Below, one piece after another: positions 49,001 through 55,190 of a stretch of DNA of 61,048 nucleotides. The stretch comes from Amoebophrya sp. A120 (lineage: Eukaryota > Protista > Dinoflagellata). A model generated the notes under the pieces. That model was not told where the DNA came from. It was given only the letters and a program-made list of their open reading frames with translations, and ran no database searches. The DNA lies in NCBI GenBank assembly GCA_905178155.1, contig CAJINV010000003.1, forward strand, positions 5,484,728 to 5,545,775, written 5' to 3'. Position 1 is the stretch's first letter; the number at the start of each line of letters is the position of its first letter. A program made the position numbers and the translations under genes.

Positions 49001-52000
49001 CAGATCCACCTCGCCAGCGGCACCAACAGAAAGTGGCTGTCCTCCCTCGTCCCCCAAGACAACGTCATCGATATTGTAGTGCGTCATCGGGTTGTAGTTG
49101 TGACAACCTGAGCTGCCGAATGCACAACTGGAGTAGTATCAAATGCAAATGCGTGTCTGGGTCTGGAAGAATGCACGTTTGTCATGCTTGTCATCTCACA
49201 TCATGAGTCTTCAACTTGTCAGTAACGCATGAGCAGGAAAAACGTGTCTCGCATGTATGCAAAAATGCAGTTTGATGCCATGCGGAAAGCAAAACACATT
49301 GGAGTCCAAAACGTTGTGGAGGTGCGTGGCTGCGTATTGCAGTCGTGCGTCCAGAATTCACAAACTAGCATCACACGCTTTCATCCCACACCAAGACATA
49401 TTTGCAAAAATGCATAAGTTGGAAACCCCAACGATGACACGCGAATTCGGCGTCCAGGAGTAGGCCTGCTCGGTCGTGCACTCTGACAGACCATCCATGA
49501 AGAGTAGGCACGGCTTTGTGGTGAATATTTCAACGCGCGTGATCCGCCTCGGCCGATCATAGCGCCCTGCCACATTCATTTGGTACCATGCAAGGCGGAT
49601 GAACCATTTGGGCACGTACGCATCCGTTCGAGTCGTACTGCACTCCGTCGTGTGGTCGCCGTCGCTGCAGAGCCCCGCGTGGTTCATCATGTGGTCCGTA
49701 CTCAACTCCGCGGGTCCAAGCAAGCGAATCTCGTTTGACAAAACGCGACTTCTGGTGGTCGTGCGCAGTATCCTGAGTAAAAACGTACCCACACCAGAGT
49801 TGTAATGCAGATTTGCAAAGACAGGAAGACTTGTAATGCGCATCCGCATGAGAGCCATTTCCAATCGTGTTTTGGAATTTGTGATGCTGTGAACAGGATG
49901 AGCAGATGAATCTGTGATGCGGCTGCACTTGCTAACCTGCACTACACTGCAGAGTGCAGCTTGTCATGCGTGACTCACAAAACTCCTAGGCTTGTGTTGC
50001 AAAATCCCCATCCTGACTCTGGTGTGGGTACGTTTTTACTCAGGATACGCAGCAGTTTTGCGGTAGCCGACGAGAGAGAGCCCCTGCTGCCATCCTCTGC
50101 CACGACCGATGCGGGCGGCGAGGAGGTTGTTCTTGGGGTACTACCTCCAGACCCGCCTGCTGGTGCAGATGAAGACCGGCCGGAGGTAGAAGCGACCTGA
50201 TTGGCTGGAACAAGGGGTAGCACTTCCTGCTCCTCGAAAATCAGATCGGGCAACGCGTTGGAGTACGGCTGCGAGACCGTGCGATGCTGCACAGAATCCT
50301 GTGTGCGGTAGAAATACGTATTCGCAGCGAGGCGGTCGGCCCCCTCGACGTCGCTGTCGCTGAGGCGGTCTGCCTGCAGGGGGTCCTCACAAATGGGATG
50401 GTCGGGGGCAAGATCAGGATTGGTGAACCCATCGCTGATCCCCTCCGCGCGAGCCTTCGCATACAACACCCCTCCAGAGTCGAGGGGCGTTAGCCCGGCC
50501 GCACAACTGCGAAACCTCTCGCACGCAACGCCCTCCGCTACGCGGAAGAAGTTGCACGCCAAGTCCTCTGCGCACTCCGCCGCACATGCGCTGTAAGTGT
50601 GATACTCTGGCAGGGTGTCAACGTCGGACTCGATCTTGTAGGATTCGACTCGGTCGTTCTCTGGAGCACAGTTTGCATTGGTGGCCATGCGAAGGAAAGA
50701 AACTCCTACTCCCAACACGTCGTCACTGGTGAAAGAACGAGTCTTCGATGAGCGCGTCGACCGCCCTAGCGGCACACAAGCCTCCAACACCGTTCCCGGG
50801 TCCGTAGTAATGCACCAGATTATCAAATGCAAAAATGTCTGGGTCTGGAAGAATGCAAGACTTGTCATGCATGTTTATCATGACCCATGATGCCTGTAAT
50901 GCTTGACCTAGCATCGCAGACTTTTAGAGCGCTTCCTGAACCTTATACACCTTCCGCATGAGAAATGCCGTGTCCGTGTAGCAACAACGAACTGTCCCCC
51001 TTTTGCTGGTCACGCAATAGAATTTTTTTTGGATTCCAAAAACAGAATGACAAGTTGCAATCTTCCCGACCCAGACATTTATTTTTGCAGTTGATACAGA
51101 TGCTCGTGTACCCATTCGGGTTGCGGCAGAAGTTGTGGTCTCCGAGTCCTCCGTCGCCATCAAGATCAGTGCCGTGCGTGTGCGGAGACTGCGCCGTCCA
51201 CTTCTGGCACAGCCTTCCCGTGATGGTCCGGGTCTGGCAGCCACGATAGGTCGCGCCGCTGTCCAGGGTGGACATGCTTTCATCGCAAAAAGTGACGTCG
51301 GTTCGCGGCAACCGCAAGTGCGGTGCGGTTTGCAACTGCAACTGCAATTTCCGCGCGCGATCGTAGTGGTCCACCTTACGCAGGTAGGGCATCCCTAGTG
51401 GATTCGTGTCCACATCCTCGAAGTCGAAGGGAAGCCCGAAGACTTGAATCTCGGCCACGGCGAGACGGCGAAAGCTATCGGCGCTCCTTTTCTTGGCATT
51501 CACCCACAGGTACCTCCCCTTCTTTCGGTAGTACTTACAATTGGCAACGAGCCGACGCGGTGTCGATCGGCGGTCCCGCATACTCACCAGAGAGGGACTC
51601 GTTTGCACGGACGGAGCCTGGTCGAGCAAAGACCGGCGATTCAGCTCGGAGAGGTCCGCTCCGTACGAGTGGCCAAAGTACTCCGTTGGAGAGTACGACA
51701 CATCGTTTCCGCATCTGCCCCGCGCGTCGCTTGCCACCAGCAGGTCGAAGCACCCCCTTCCGGTGTCATCATCTGTTCCTGAGTAGCTGGAACCAGTGTC
51801 CCCGCACACAGGAATCTTGGAAACGCCGGTTTGGAGGGGTACGGTGTGTGTGGGGTCTACCCAATCTTTCTGCGCGCAAGAGACCTCGCCAAAATCCCGG
51901 TCCACGAACGAGAGAGTGCTCTCGCCTTGTGTGTCAACAGCATCGGAGAATGCGAGGGTGTCGCGGCCACGGTGGCTAAAGAGGTCGAAACCGCAGTCCG

Positions 52001-52221
52001 GCTGCCCAAATACGTAGGCGTACGAGACGGTACGCAGTCCGCCCAGGTCGACCTGTATCCACGGACTCAGTTCCGGTGCCGACACTGCTAAGCCCGCGTA
52101 CCCGTGGAGCAGACCGTCGATCGCGTTGCGTGCCCGAAACCGATCCAGGGCCGTGGTTCCGGCCTTCGTATGGCGCGTGATGTCTGTGGGGTCGTGCCTC
52201 TCGTCCAGCATATTTGCCTTC
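1..52221 (-). CDS. Giant multi-exon surface/adhesin-like protein gene (about 9,000 aa in window, partial at both ends): BspA/DUF285 repeats, PKD-like, kringle, PAN/apple, PLAT-like and F5/8/fucolectin-like domains
   Basis: Minus-strand ORF pieces join in frame when each TIR element plus one 5-bp TSD is removed, e.g. EITAL|TSEDND, PETVTTL|GDA, DWSLVTD|MSRFLQ, CLTTDP|NVRFEYCDP, APNALT|LSRMFQ. The repeat W.vs.vt.m..MF..a..a.P recurs throughout. Not every junction was translated. Confidence 0.85.
1004..1255. mobile_element. Introner family A
   Basis: TIR TATCAAGTGYAAAAATGTSTGGGTCTGGAA; TSD tcagg/tcagg. Confidence 0.95.
1443..1760. mobile_element. Introner family B
   Basis: TIR TATC..AAGGAA.AATCCC...CC.CATATC; TSD agcgt/agcgt. 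Confidence 0.95.
1946..2307. mobile_element. Degenerate introner (A-like)
   Basis: Short TIR tatgc..tgcaaag; TSD diverged (gactt/aagct); removal restores WGDG..DSG. Confidence 0.75.
3322..3690. repeat. Imperfect duplication (offset about 238 bp) with four tagcaWgggRacaaggcRagc motifs
   Basis: Motif at about 3332, 3423, 3570 and 3662. Confidence 0.7.
4837..5536 (-). CDS. OTU-family cysteine protease (deubiquitinase-like) domain, 5'-truncated
   Basis: GDGNCQFRALS...WGDHFTLTALA...HY catalytic motifs. Confidence 0.85.
5798..6016. mobile_element. Introner family D
   Basis: TIR TATGA.....CACAACTCCCC.TCCCCCTCATTTG; TSD gatct/gacct. Confidence 0.93.
6017..6669 (-). CDS. Exon: BspA/DUF285 repeats
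   Basis: ORF 5900-6820 core: WDVSQVTDFSYAF, WDTGSGKTF, WDVRQATSLASMF. Confidence 0.85.
6670..6939. mobile_element. Introner family E
   Basis: TIR TATCCTGAGTAAAAACGT.CCCAC; TSD cgtgc/cgtgc. Confidence 0.95.
6940..7724 (-). CDS. Exon: repeat cap (CATPN) and PKD-like module
   Basis: ORF 6928-7722: FTVHWGDG...NHTYAATGTYSVVVRG. Confidence 0.8.
7725..7976. mobile_element. Introner family A
   Basis: TSD cacct/cacct; same length as and similar to 1004-1255. Confidence 0.95.
8210..8490. mobile_element. Introner family A
   Basis: TSD gtccg/gtccg. Confidence 0.93.
8491..9622 (-). CDS. Exon: PKD-like module and BspA repeats
   Basis: ORF 8422-9606: FTIFWGD...KTYTQTGTYEIVIRG, then WDLSKVTD and WDVSQVTD. 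Confidence 0.85.
9623..10001. mobile_element. Introner family A with nested 104-bp insert (9745-9848)
   Basis: TSD accag/accag; right TIR decayed; insert flanked by atgtcat. Confidence 0.88.
10651..10921. mobile_element. Introner family A
   Basis: TSD gtcgt/gtcgt. Confidence 0.93.
11305..11593. mobile_element. Old introner with short TIR
   Basis: tatc..cag...ctgcaggata ends; TSD lost; removal restores YTY..TGEY. Confidence 0.7.
11594..12623 (-). CDS. Exon: BspA repeats (copy 1 of tandem duplication)
   Basis: ORF 11536-12645 core. Confidence 0.85.
12624..13040. mobile_element. Introner with damaged left end
   Basis: TIR ...tacaa..gaag.cac.ccc.tacca; the empty site is visible in the paralog at 10980. 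Confidence 0.85.
13366..13654. mobile_element. Duplicate of the 11305-11593 introner
   Basis: Same sequence at +2061. Confidence 0.7.
13655..14587 (-). CDS. Exon: BspA repeats (copy 2 of tandem duplication)
   Basis: ORF 13597-14577, nearly identical to 11536-12516. Confidence 0.85.
14588..14878. mobile_element. Introner family F
   Basis: TIR TATTACA.TGAAAAATG; TSD caatg/caagg; empty site caaag in the paralog at about 12522. Confidence 0.93.
14942..15216. mobile_element. Introner family D
   Basis: TSD ggtca/ggtca. Confidence 0.9.
15857..17650. repeat. Composite satellite: A/T-tract and CG-run blocks alternating with ~14-bp (cccatcgcccaact)n; 490-bp higher-order unit
   Basis: 15857-16346 nearly identical to 16347-16836, followed by diverged copies. 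Confidence 0.95.
18460..18660. repeat. Short ctaaat / atgctaaat minisatellite
   Basis: More than 10 copies of ctaaat. Confidence 0.85.
19281..22721 (-). CDS. Helitron RepHel: HUH endonuclease and PIF1-like SF1 helicase
   Basis: HUH motif EPQPTQGRPHRHSLTW; catalytic Tyr motif IRYVITYPIK; Walker A PAGAGK; AATGQAA..I.GKTMH; VVIDEVAM; GGK.VFFFCDTYQL; STIHSFQGRT. Confidence 0.92.
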   Translation of the reverse strand: MVWSWVDAGGVCGVTCRLGPAHMRNGAEIFFPTKRENDLDAGRMHIKREELTKLWESLLGVEFPLLFVNGLSLPQGVSLESFLRQYFARPEMTAPVLYDLHQVLLLRYALNKRQRLVLAYQAHYAASHDGALPKRLPANIPGSLEEVNAQRCKAFAIMRKLGAADLMTTATQGDDMVEMRAEAERRPWKSCPVLDEPCPSVRAFQAKMRKHVEEVESLYGETAAITWGDEPQPTQGRPHRHSLTWFADPLLTATAFDEFIERSRDWIPEECGRWRETADRVFYHHHTDACRVPGRVQCKKLCPAALVAETYLDEKGFLQIETKEGDEMCVGIDKKTFCRFLAHTHANGVGGANKIRYVITYPIKKVKPLGRDSDQGSWQMFEQEGGFDEIKTLHSAQVLPASEAAADLYGVSRFGVHLPRGRLVTVIVDRKRIEDAPLFIGNATAADAVNNWLDRPEKYAAWSLERFTLNTRSTGARRFVEVYAQWHEHLHEEEFTAPNRLGVVTELTQLQAFRCYLVANRVAIAGASLALQQTDKMLANLDPARNVFHLRADHHDDTYLLWLCGLHLVNRADVQEYFDDPEASMARWNYPAHMKRFAFRNFLDEVHQLRPQSGLLTLFVKYFLNFDTEARRAAWDWLVAEHGIPLDVIAKRLERDGVDRHIIRMTLPEAGAHLQQFGSELEQRRHYIKCYHARNREKRQEHARELADLLHGANPNALELMPGQKAALYQIVDEDPGDEGAADLMTCNEPAGAGKAKIIRALELIAYERKLIIVILAATGQAATIINGKTMHDGCGLTIDLEDSAAWSEEQRALVGAADWVVIDEVAMANAEWCTRCAENIGREALHWEQLQNLASADEPAKLWGGKRVFFFCDTYQLASVVRVFRSMDSFLGPTSRPFAHFVQNLARFRRVRIDNGGCSPRFFEEEWSRELDRVRTGETKEIDLTTFGRVGAEDVEYSYQWLDERIRGAPCGIEAVNGVEIVVGCHRERRRVLAVRARALRAKGATCRTYCPRLLNLQNPLMEGFDEEESTKSEKLELFLGERIALTGPLRLLGKTYATNSRGTVRGFGRTFVDVRFDVDGCEEPVPLNSTWQEDCDGDPASRWLVLAIGVRPCVVSTIHSFQGRTVLPHISRRAPGRGKLLNIF
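22576..23289 (-). pseudogene. Disrupted N-terminal part of RepHel (two short ORFs)
   Basis: CKWCA...E...CTLCKNG Cys motif resembling Helitron N-termini; separated from the main ORF by a stop/frameshift. Confidence 0.55.
23876..24174. mobile_element. Introner family E (inverted relative to 6670)
   Basis: TSD ggtgc/ggtgc. Confidence 0.95.
24274..24534. mobile_element. Introner family A
   Basis: TSD gcggt/gcgtt. Confidence 0.92.
24610..24936. mobile_element. Introner family B (inverted relative to 1443)
   Basis: TSD cgtac/cgtac. Confidence 0.93.
24946..25277. mobile_element. Introner family A
   Basis: TSD ctccc/ctccc; only 9 bp from the previous element. Confidence 0.88.
25560..25817. mobile_element. 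Introner family C
   Basis: TSD gaggt/gaggt; long TIR. Confidence 0.95.
25901..26232. mobile_element. Introner family F
   Basis: TIR TATTACAGT.AAAAATGCCCC; TSD tcgtc/tcgtc. Confidence 0.95.
26233..28807 (-). CDS. Large exon: BspA repeats and a PKD-like module with a lower-GC inserted domain
   Basis: ORF 25983-28910 core with many WDVSSG.DFS.MF repeats. Confidence 0.9.
28808..29144. mobile_element. Introner family B
   Basis: TSD aacga/gacga. Confidence 0.92.
29145..30402 (-). CDS. Exon: Cys-rich segment and BspA repeats
   Basis: ORF 29079-30395: CRKCNDGFLLD...CEK; GLHTWDVSGV. Confidence 0.75.
30403..30839. mobile_element. Introner family E with nested 126-bp insert (30533-30658)
   Basis: TSD ccgtc/ccgtc; insert flanked by gtgatgc. 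Confidence 0.9.
30840..32184 (-). CDS. Exon: PAN/apple-like domain
   Basis: TPEECRRRCEAHTRCTSYGH....CDLK. Confidence 0.75.
32185..32331. mobile_element. Introner family G (shortest, 147 bp)
   Basis: TIR TATCCAG.AAAAAACACCCATCCCCA; TSD tctac/tccac; (cat)n inside. Confidence 0.93.
32756..33014. mobile_element. Introner family A (inverted relative to 10651), in frame and stop-free
   Basis: TSD gaacg/gaaca. Confidence 0.93.
34129..34353. mobile_element. Introner family D
   Basis: TSD acagc/acagc. Confidence 0.93.
34354..35539 (-). CDS. Exon: kringle C-terminal half and two PLAT-like domains
   Basis: GDHNYCRNP...IWCYTTD...ERC; NNFCFQRLRV...MWLENPC. Confidence 0.8.
35540..35752. mobile_element. 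Introner family H, splitting a kringle
   Basis: TIR TAT.CAAGAAAAAAAC.CCATC.CAATCAC; TSD gcgtt/gcgtt. Confidence 0.93.
36060..36384. mobile_element. Introner family B
   Basis: Near-perfect TIR TATCAAAAGGAAAAATCCCCCCTCC; TSD cgcgc/cgcgc. Confidence 0.95.
36729..37016. mobile_element. Introner family E
   Basis: TSD aagtc/aagtc. Confidence 0.93.
37126..37401. mobile_element. Introner family A
   Basis: TSD cgtcc/cgtca. Confidence 0.93.
37402..39132 (-). CDS. Exon: Cys-rich repeats and unknown domain
   Basis: ORF 37364-39130 with two C..C...GACC.W units. Confidence 0.75.
39133..39330. mobile_element. Introner family I
   Basis: Ends tatgacttgcaa...ttgcactggata; TSD caagg/caagg. Confidence 0.85.
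39571..39936. mobile_element. Introner family D (inverted relative to 5798) with nested 111-bp insert (39729-39839)
   Basis: TSD tcctg/tcctg; insert flanked by gagatgaacttgtcMtgca. Confidence 0.92.
39981..40216. mobile_element. Introner family A
   Basis: TSD gggtc/gggtc. Confidence 0.93.
40217..41573 (-). CDS. Exon: F5/8-like domain and three kringle domains
   Basis: PWLLLDLEHVSQVYKVRI; three copies of YVGC.TRT..G..CQKW..Q.PH...GDHN.(C)R. Confidence 0.9.
41574..41892. mobile_element. Introner family A containing a (GGTT)n microsatellite at about 41616-41682
   Basis: TSD catgt/cacgt. Confidence 0.93.
42099..42310. mobile_element. Introner family J
   Basis: TIR TATCG...GAAAAAA.TGTTTCACTGTAA; TSD actgt/actgt. 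Confidence 0.93.
42311..44758 (-). CDS. Exon: duplicated pair of PLAT-like domains
   Basis: ORF 42194-44887; a unit of about 300 aa repeated (VEVQSCS..YSSDSGGDVPVK...GIRSIA.T.YN.DNG.CL). PLAT assignment is by pattern only. Confidence 0.75.
44759..45075. mobile_element. Introner family K
   Basis: TIR of about 50 bp TATGGA.GTGTCAGA..CGAAAT.GAC.AAATCGAAAAA; TSD tgggc/tgggc. Confidence 0.95.
45707..46382. mobile_element. Decayed B-type introner whose right TIR is interrupted by a K element
   Basis: Ends tctcatgaggaaaa...tttcctctcaata; boundary uncertain by a few nt. Confidence 0.75.
46028..46364. mobile_element. Introner family K nested in the previous element
   Basis: TIR tatg.aagcg.cag.accgaa.tt.ac; TSD tcatc/gcatt. 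Confidence 0.85.
46456..46798. mobile_element. Introner family B
   Basis: TSD aaagc/aaagc. Confidence 0.92.
46864..47331. mobile_element. Introner, E-like TIR with a divergent interior
   Basis: TIR tcctgtg..aaaa.gt.cccaccctgtg; TSD cgtag/cttcg; join FRFNE|GNWLG. Confidence 0.8.
47541..47828. mobile_element. Introner family E
   Basis: TSD gtcgc/gtcgc. Confidence 0.93.
48049..48272. mobile_element. Introner, J-like
   Basis: TSD tggtc/tggtc. Confidence 0.85.
49137..49416. mobile_element. Introner family A
   Basis: TSD agtag/agttg. Confidence 0.9.
49769..50047. mobile_element. Introner family E, very similar to 6670-6939
   Basis: Perfect long TIR; TSD cgcag/cgcag. Confidence 0.95.
50821..51096. 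mobile_element. Introner family A (inverted relative to 8210), splitting a kringle
   Basis: TSD cagat/cagat. Confidence 0.95.
51097..52221 (-). CDS. Exon: fucolectin/F5/8-like domain and kringle
   Basis: ARNAIDG...SPWIQVDLG...LAVAEIQVFG; YRGCQTRTITGRLCQKW...GDHNFCRNP. Confidence 0.85.
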
Positions 52222-52290
52222 TATCAAATGTAAAAATGTCTGGGTCTGGAAGAATGCAACTTGTGATGCTGCATTTGGATTCCAAAAAAA
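52222..52290. mobile_element. Left end of a family A introner; remainder displaced beyond the window by nested elements
   Basis: TATCAAATGTAAAAATGTCTGGGTCTGGAAG preceded by ccttc; no matching right TIR in the window. Confidence 0.85.
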
Positions 52291-52919
52291 TCGAGCAAGA
52301 AAAAGTTTCGGGTCACACCATAAAATTAATTAAATAATTACAAAAAATGAAATTAAACGCAGCAATTCATTATTTACCACAGCACGCCCCCGATGGTACG
52401 GCGGGCCTTGTCGGCGCCTCCGGGCCGCAGCGCTTTGCCGGCCTGGCAAAACCAGGGGCCGGCGATTTCGCGCAAAATCCATGCGGCTGGTCAGACGCTT
52501 CCACGCCGCCCCAGGACCAGCAACAAGTCTGGGCGCCGGCCAGCGCCTTGCCGCTTCCGGGCGTCCTACGCGCGTAGGGAGCCCGGAAAAGCCCCGCGGC
52601 CTTCTTTTTTCGGGCGCCCTACGTACAGGCGGGCGGGGCCGGCGGACCAAAAAGTCGCGGCAACCTTCGCCCGGCGGTAGCTTAGCAGCTGTCCCCCGAG
52701 CCCGAGCCAACCGGCCAACCCGCTCTGTGATCTTCGTCACGGCGAACTTTTTCGCCAAAATCGCTGGGCGACAATTTCGTGGCCCGTCCCCACACCTGGC
52801 CAGACGCCTCCGCCCCAGCCATGAAGTCAGCCACAAATCCGGACGACGGGAACCCTGTCGCCGTTTCCGGGCGTTCTACGGGCGTAGGGGGCCCGGAAAC
52901 GCTCGGCGGCGTTCCGGGT

Positions 52920-54610
52920 GTGATGGTGGTCACCTGGCCAATTCTACGGAACGGCCGCGAAACTGTCGACCCCGGTGATCACGCGCGGGCGCCTTTCGGT
53001 GATGGAGGTGATCACCTGGCCAAGTCTACGGAACGGCCGCGAAACTGCCGACCCCGGTGATCGTCGTCAGGCCACGCGCGGCCGCCTTTCGCGGATGGAG
53101 GTGGCCACCTCGCCAATTCTACGGAACGGCCGCGAAACTGTCGACCCCGGTGGTCTTCGTCAGCGGACGACGATCACGCGTGGCCGCCTTTCGCTGATGG
53201 AGGTGATCACCTGGCCAATTCTACGGAACGGCCGCGAAACTGTCGACCCCGGTGATCGTCGTCTGATGACGCGCGGCCGCCTTTCGCTGATGGGGGTGAT
53301 CACCTGGCCAATTCTACGGAACGGCCGCGAAACTGTCGACCCCGGTGATCGTCGGTCGTCAGATCACGCGCGGCCGCCTTTCGCTGATGGAGGCGATCAC
53401 TTGGCCACTTCTACGGAACGGCCGCGAAACTGTCGGCCGCGAGTGGCCTTCGGTAGCAGACGACGATCATCATGGTCGCCTTTCGCTGATGGGGGTCGGT
53501 GATCACCTGGCCAATTCTACGGAACGGCCGCGAAACTGTCGACCCCGGTGATCGTCGTCAGATCACGCGCGGTCGCCTTTCGCTGATGGGGGCGGGTGAT
53601 CACCTGGCCAATTCTACGGGACGGCCGTGAAACTGCCGACCCCGGTGATCGTCGTCGGCGGACGACGATCACGCGCGGTCGCCAGCCTTTCACTGATGGA
53701 GGTGATCACCTGGCCAATTCTACGGAACGGCCGCGAAACTGTCGACCCCGGTGATCGTCGTCAGATCACGCGCGGTCGCCTTTCGCTGATGGGGGCGGGT
53801 GATCACCTGGCCAATTCTACGGGACGGCCGTGAAACTGCCGACCCCGGTGATCGTCGTCGGCGGACGACGATCACGCGCGGTCGCCAGCCTTTCACTGAT
53901 GGAGGTCATCACCTGGCCAATTCTACGGAACGGCCGCGAAACTGTCGACCCCGGTGATCGTCGTCAGATCACGCGCGGCCGCCTTTCGCTGATGGAGGTG
54001 ATCACCTGGCCAATTCTACGGGACGGCCGCGAAACTGTCGACCCCGGTGATCGTCGTCAGATCACGCGCGGTCGCCTTTCGCTGATGGAGGTGATCACTT
54101 GGCCACTTCTACGAAACGGCCGCGAAACTGTCGGCCGCGAGTGATCGTCGTCAGCGGACGGCGATCACTTGCGGTCGCCTTTCGCTGATGGAGGTGATCA
54201 CCTGCCCAATTCTACGGAACGGCCGCGAAACTGTCGGCCGCGAGTGACGGACGACGATCACTCGCGGTCGCCTTCCGCTGATGGAGGTGATCACCTGGCC
54301 AATTTTACGGAACGGCCGCGAAACTGTCGGCCGCGAGTGGCGGACGGCGATCACTCGCGGTCGCCTTTCGCTGATGGAGGTGATCACTTGGCCACTTCTA
54401 CGGGACGGCCGCGAAACTGTCGGCCGCGCGTGATCGTCGTCGGCGGACGGCGATCACTCGCGGTCGCCTTTCGCTGATGGAGGTGATCACTTGGCCACTT
54501 CTACGGGACGGCCGCGAAACTGTCGGCCGCGCGTGATCGTCGTCAGCGGACGGCGATCACTCGCGGTCGCCTTTCGCTGATGGAGGTGATCACCTGGCCA
54601 ATTCTACGGA
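52920..54610. repeat. Tandem array, about 18 copies of an 82-107-bp unit (gatcacctggccaattctacggaacggccgcgaaactgtcg...cctttcgctgatggaggt)
   Basis: Counted from the Wtctacgg core. Confidence 0.95.
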
Positions 54611-54750
54611 GCGCAGGATAAAAAGAAAGAACCACGCGGCCCATCATAATAATGACGAGCAACGCTCTATGCTAAATAACAACGCTTATTCTACCAAGTC
54701 AATAAGTCAGCTACTAGGTCCATCTAATTAATTAGTTAGTCTATGACTAC

Positions 54751-55029
54751 TGTTGACTAGAGCTTTAGCACGCCGCAGTTTATGCGTGTTCCAGCTCCTC
54801 CGCGTTGTTCCATCGATCTCGATCTCAAGCACAGTAACGATCATACGCTCCTGTTTAGCTTAGTCGTCTCGTCGTCTCGTCGTGATTCCGAAACGGAACG
54901 AATCAATCCATCTTGAAACACGTTGAAACGCAGATGTGAATCAGTGAGAAGTTCTGAATCATCTTCAATGAAACGATGCGAACTCGACCGCTCTTCGTAT
55001 GCTTATCGATGTGTTCAGAATTCCTAACA
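54751..55029 (+). repeat. 5' LTR
   Basis: TGTTG...TAACA; matches 60778-61048 with 4 substitutions in 271 bp. The end could alternatively be 55045. Confidence 0.92.
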
Positions 55030-55047
55030 TTCATTCTGACTCACACT

Positions 55048-55065
55048 TGGTGCCGCCGGTGAGAC
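55048..55065 (+). promoter_or_regulatory. Primer-binding site candidate
   Basis: TGGTGCCGCCGGTGAGAC is complementary to a tRNA-like ...GGCACCA 3' end; tRNA not identified. Confidence 0.65.
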
Positions 55066-55190
55066 CGGTAATCGCGAGCCAGCACACAACTTCGCCATCC
55101 ACAAGTCCAAATTTTTCCGTCGGAACCCCATCGGTGTTTGCAAGAACCAAAAATCTTTGACTGGAATCAAGATTCTCGTATCCCGACGGT

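Noticed and set aside
1-52221. Bacterial BspA gene cluster or pseudogene riddled with IS/MITEs
   Set aside because: Helitron, copia and kringle/PAN content indicate a eukaryote. I saw no stops in the exon frames I read, which favours a functional spliced gene, though this is not proven.
52920-54610. CRISPR-like array
   Set aside because: The whole unit repeats, with no unique spacers and no cas genes, in a eukaryotic context.
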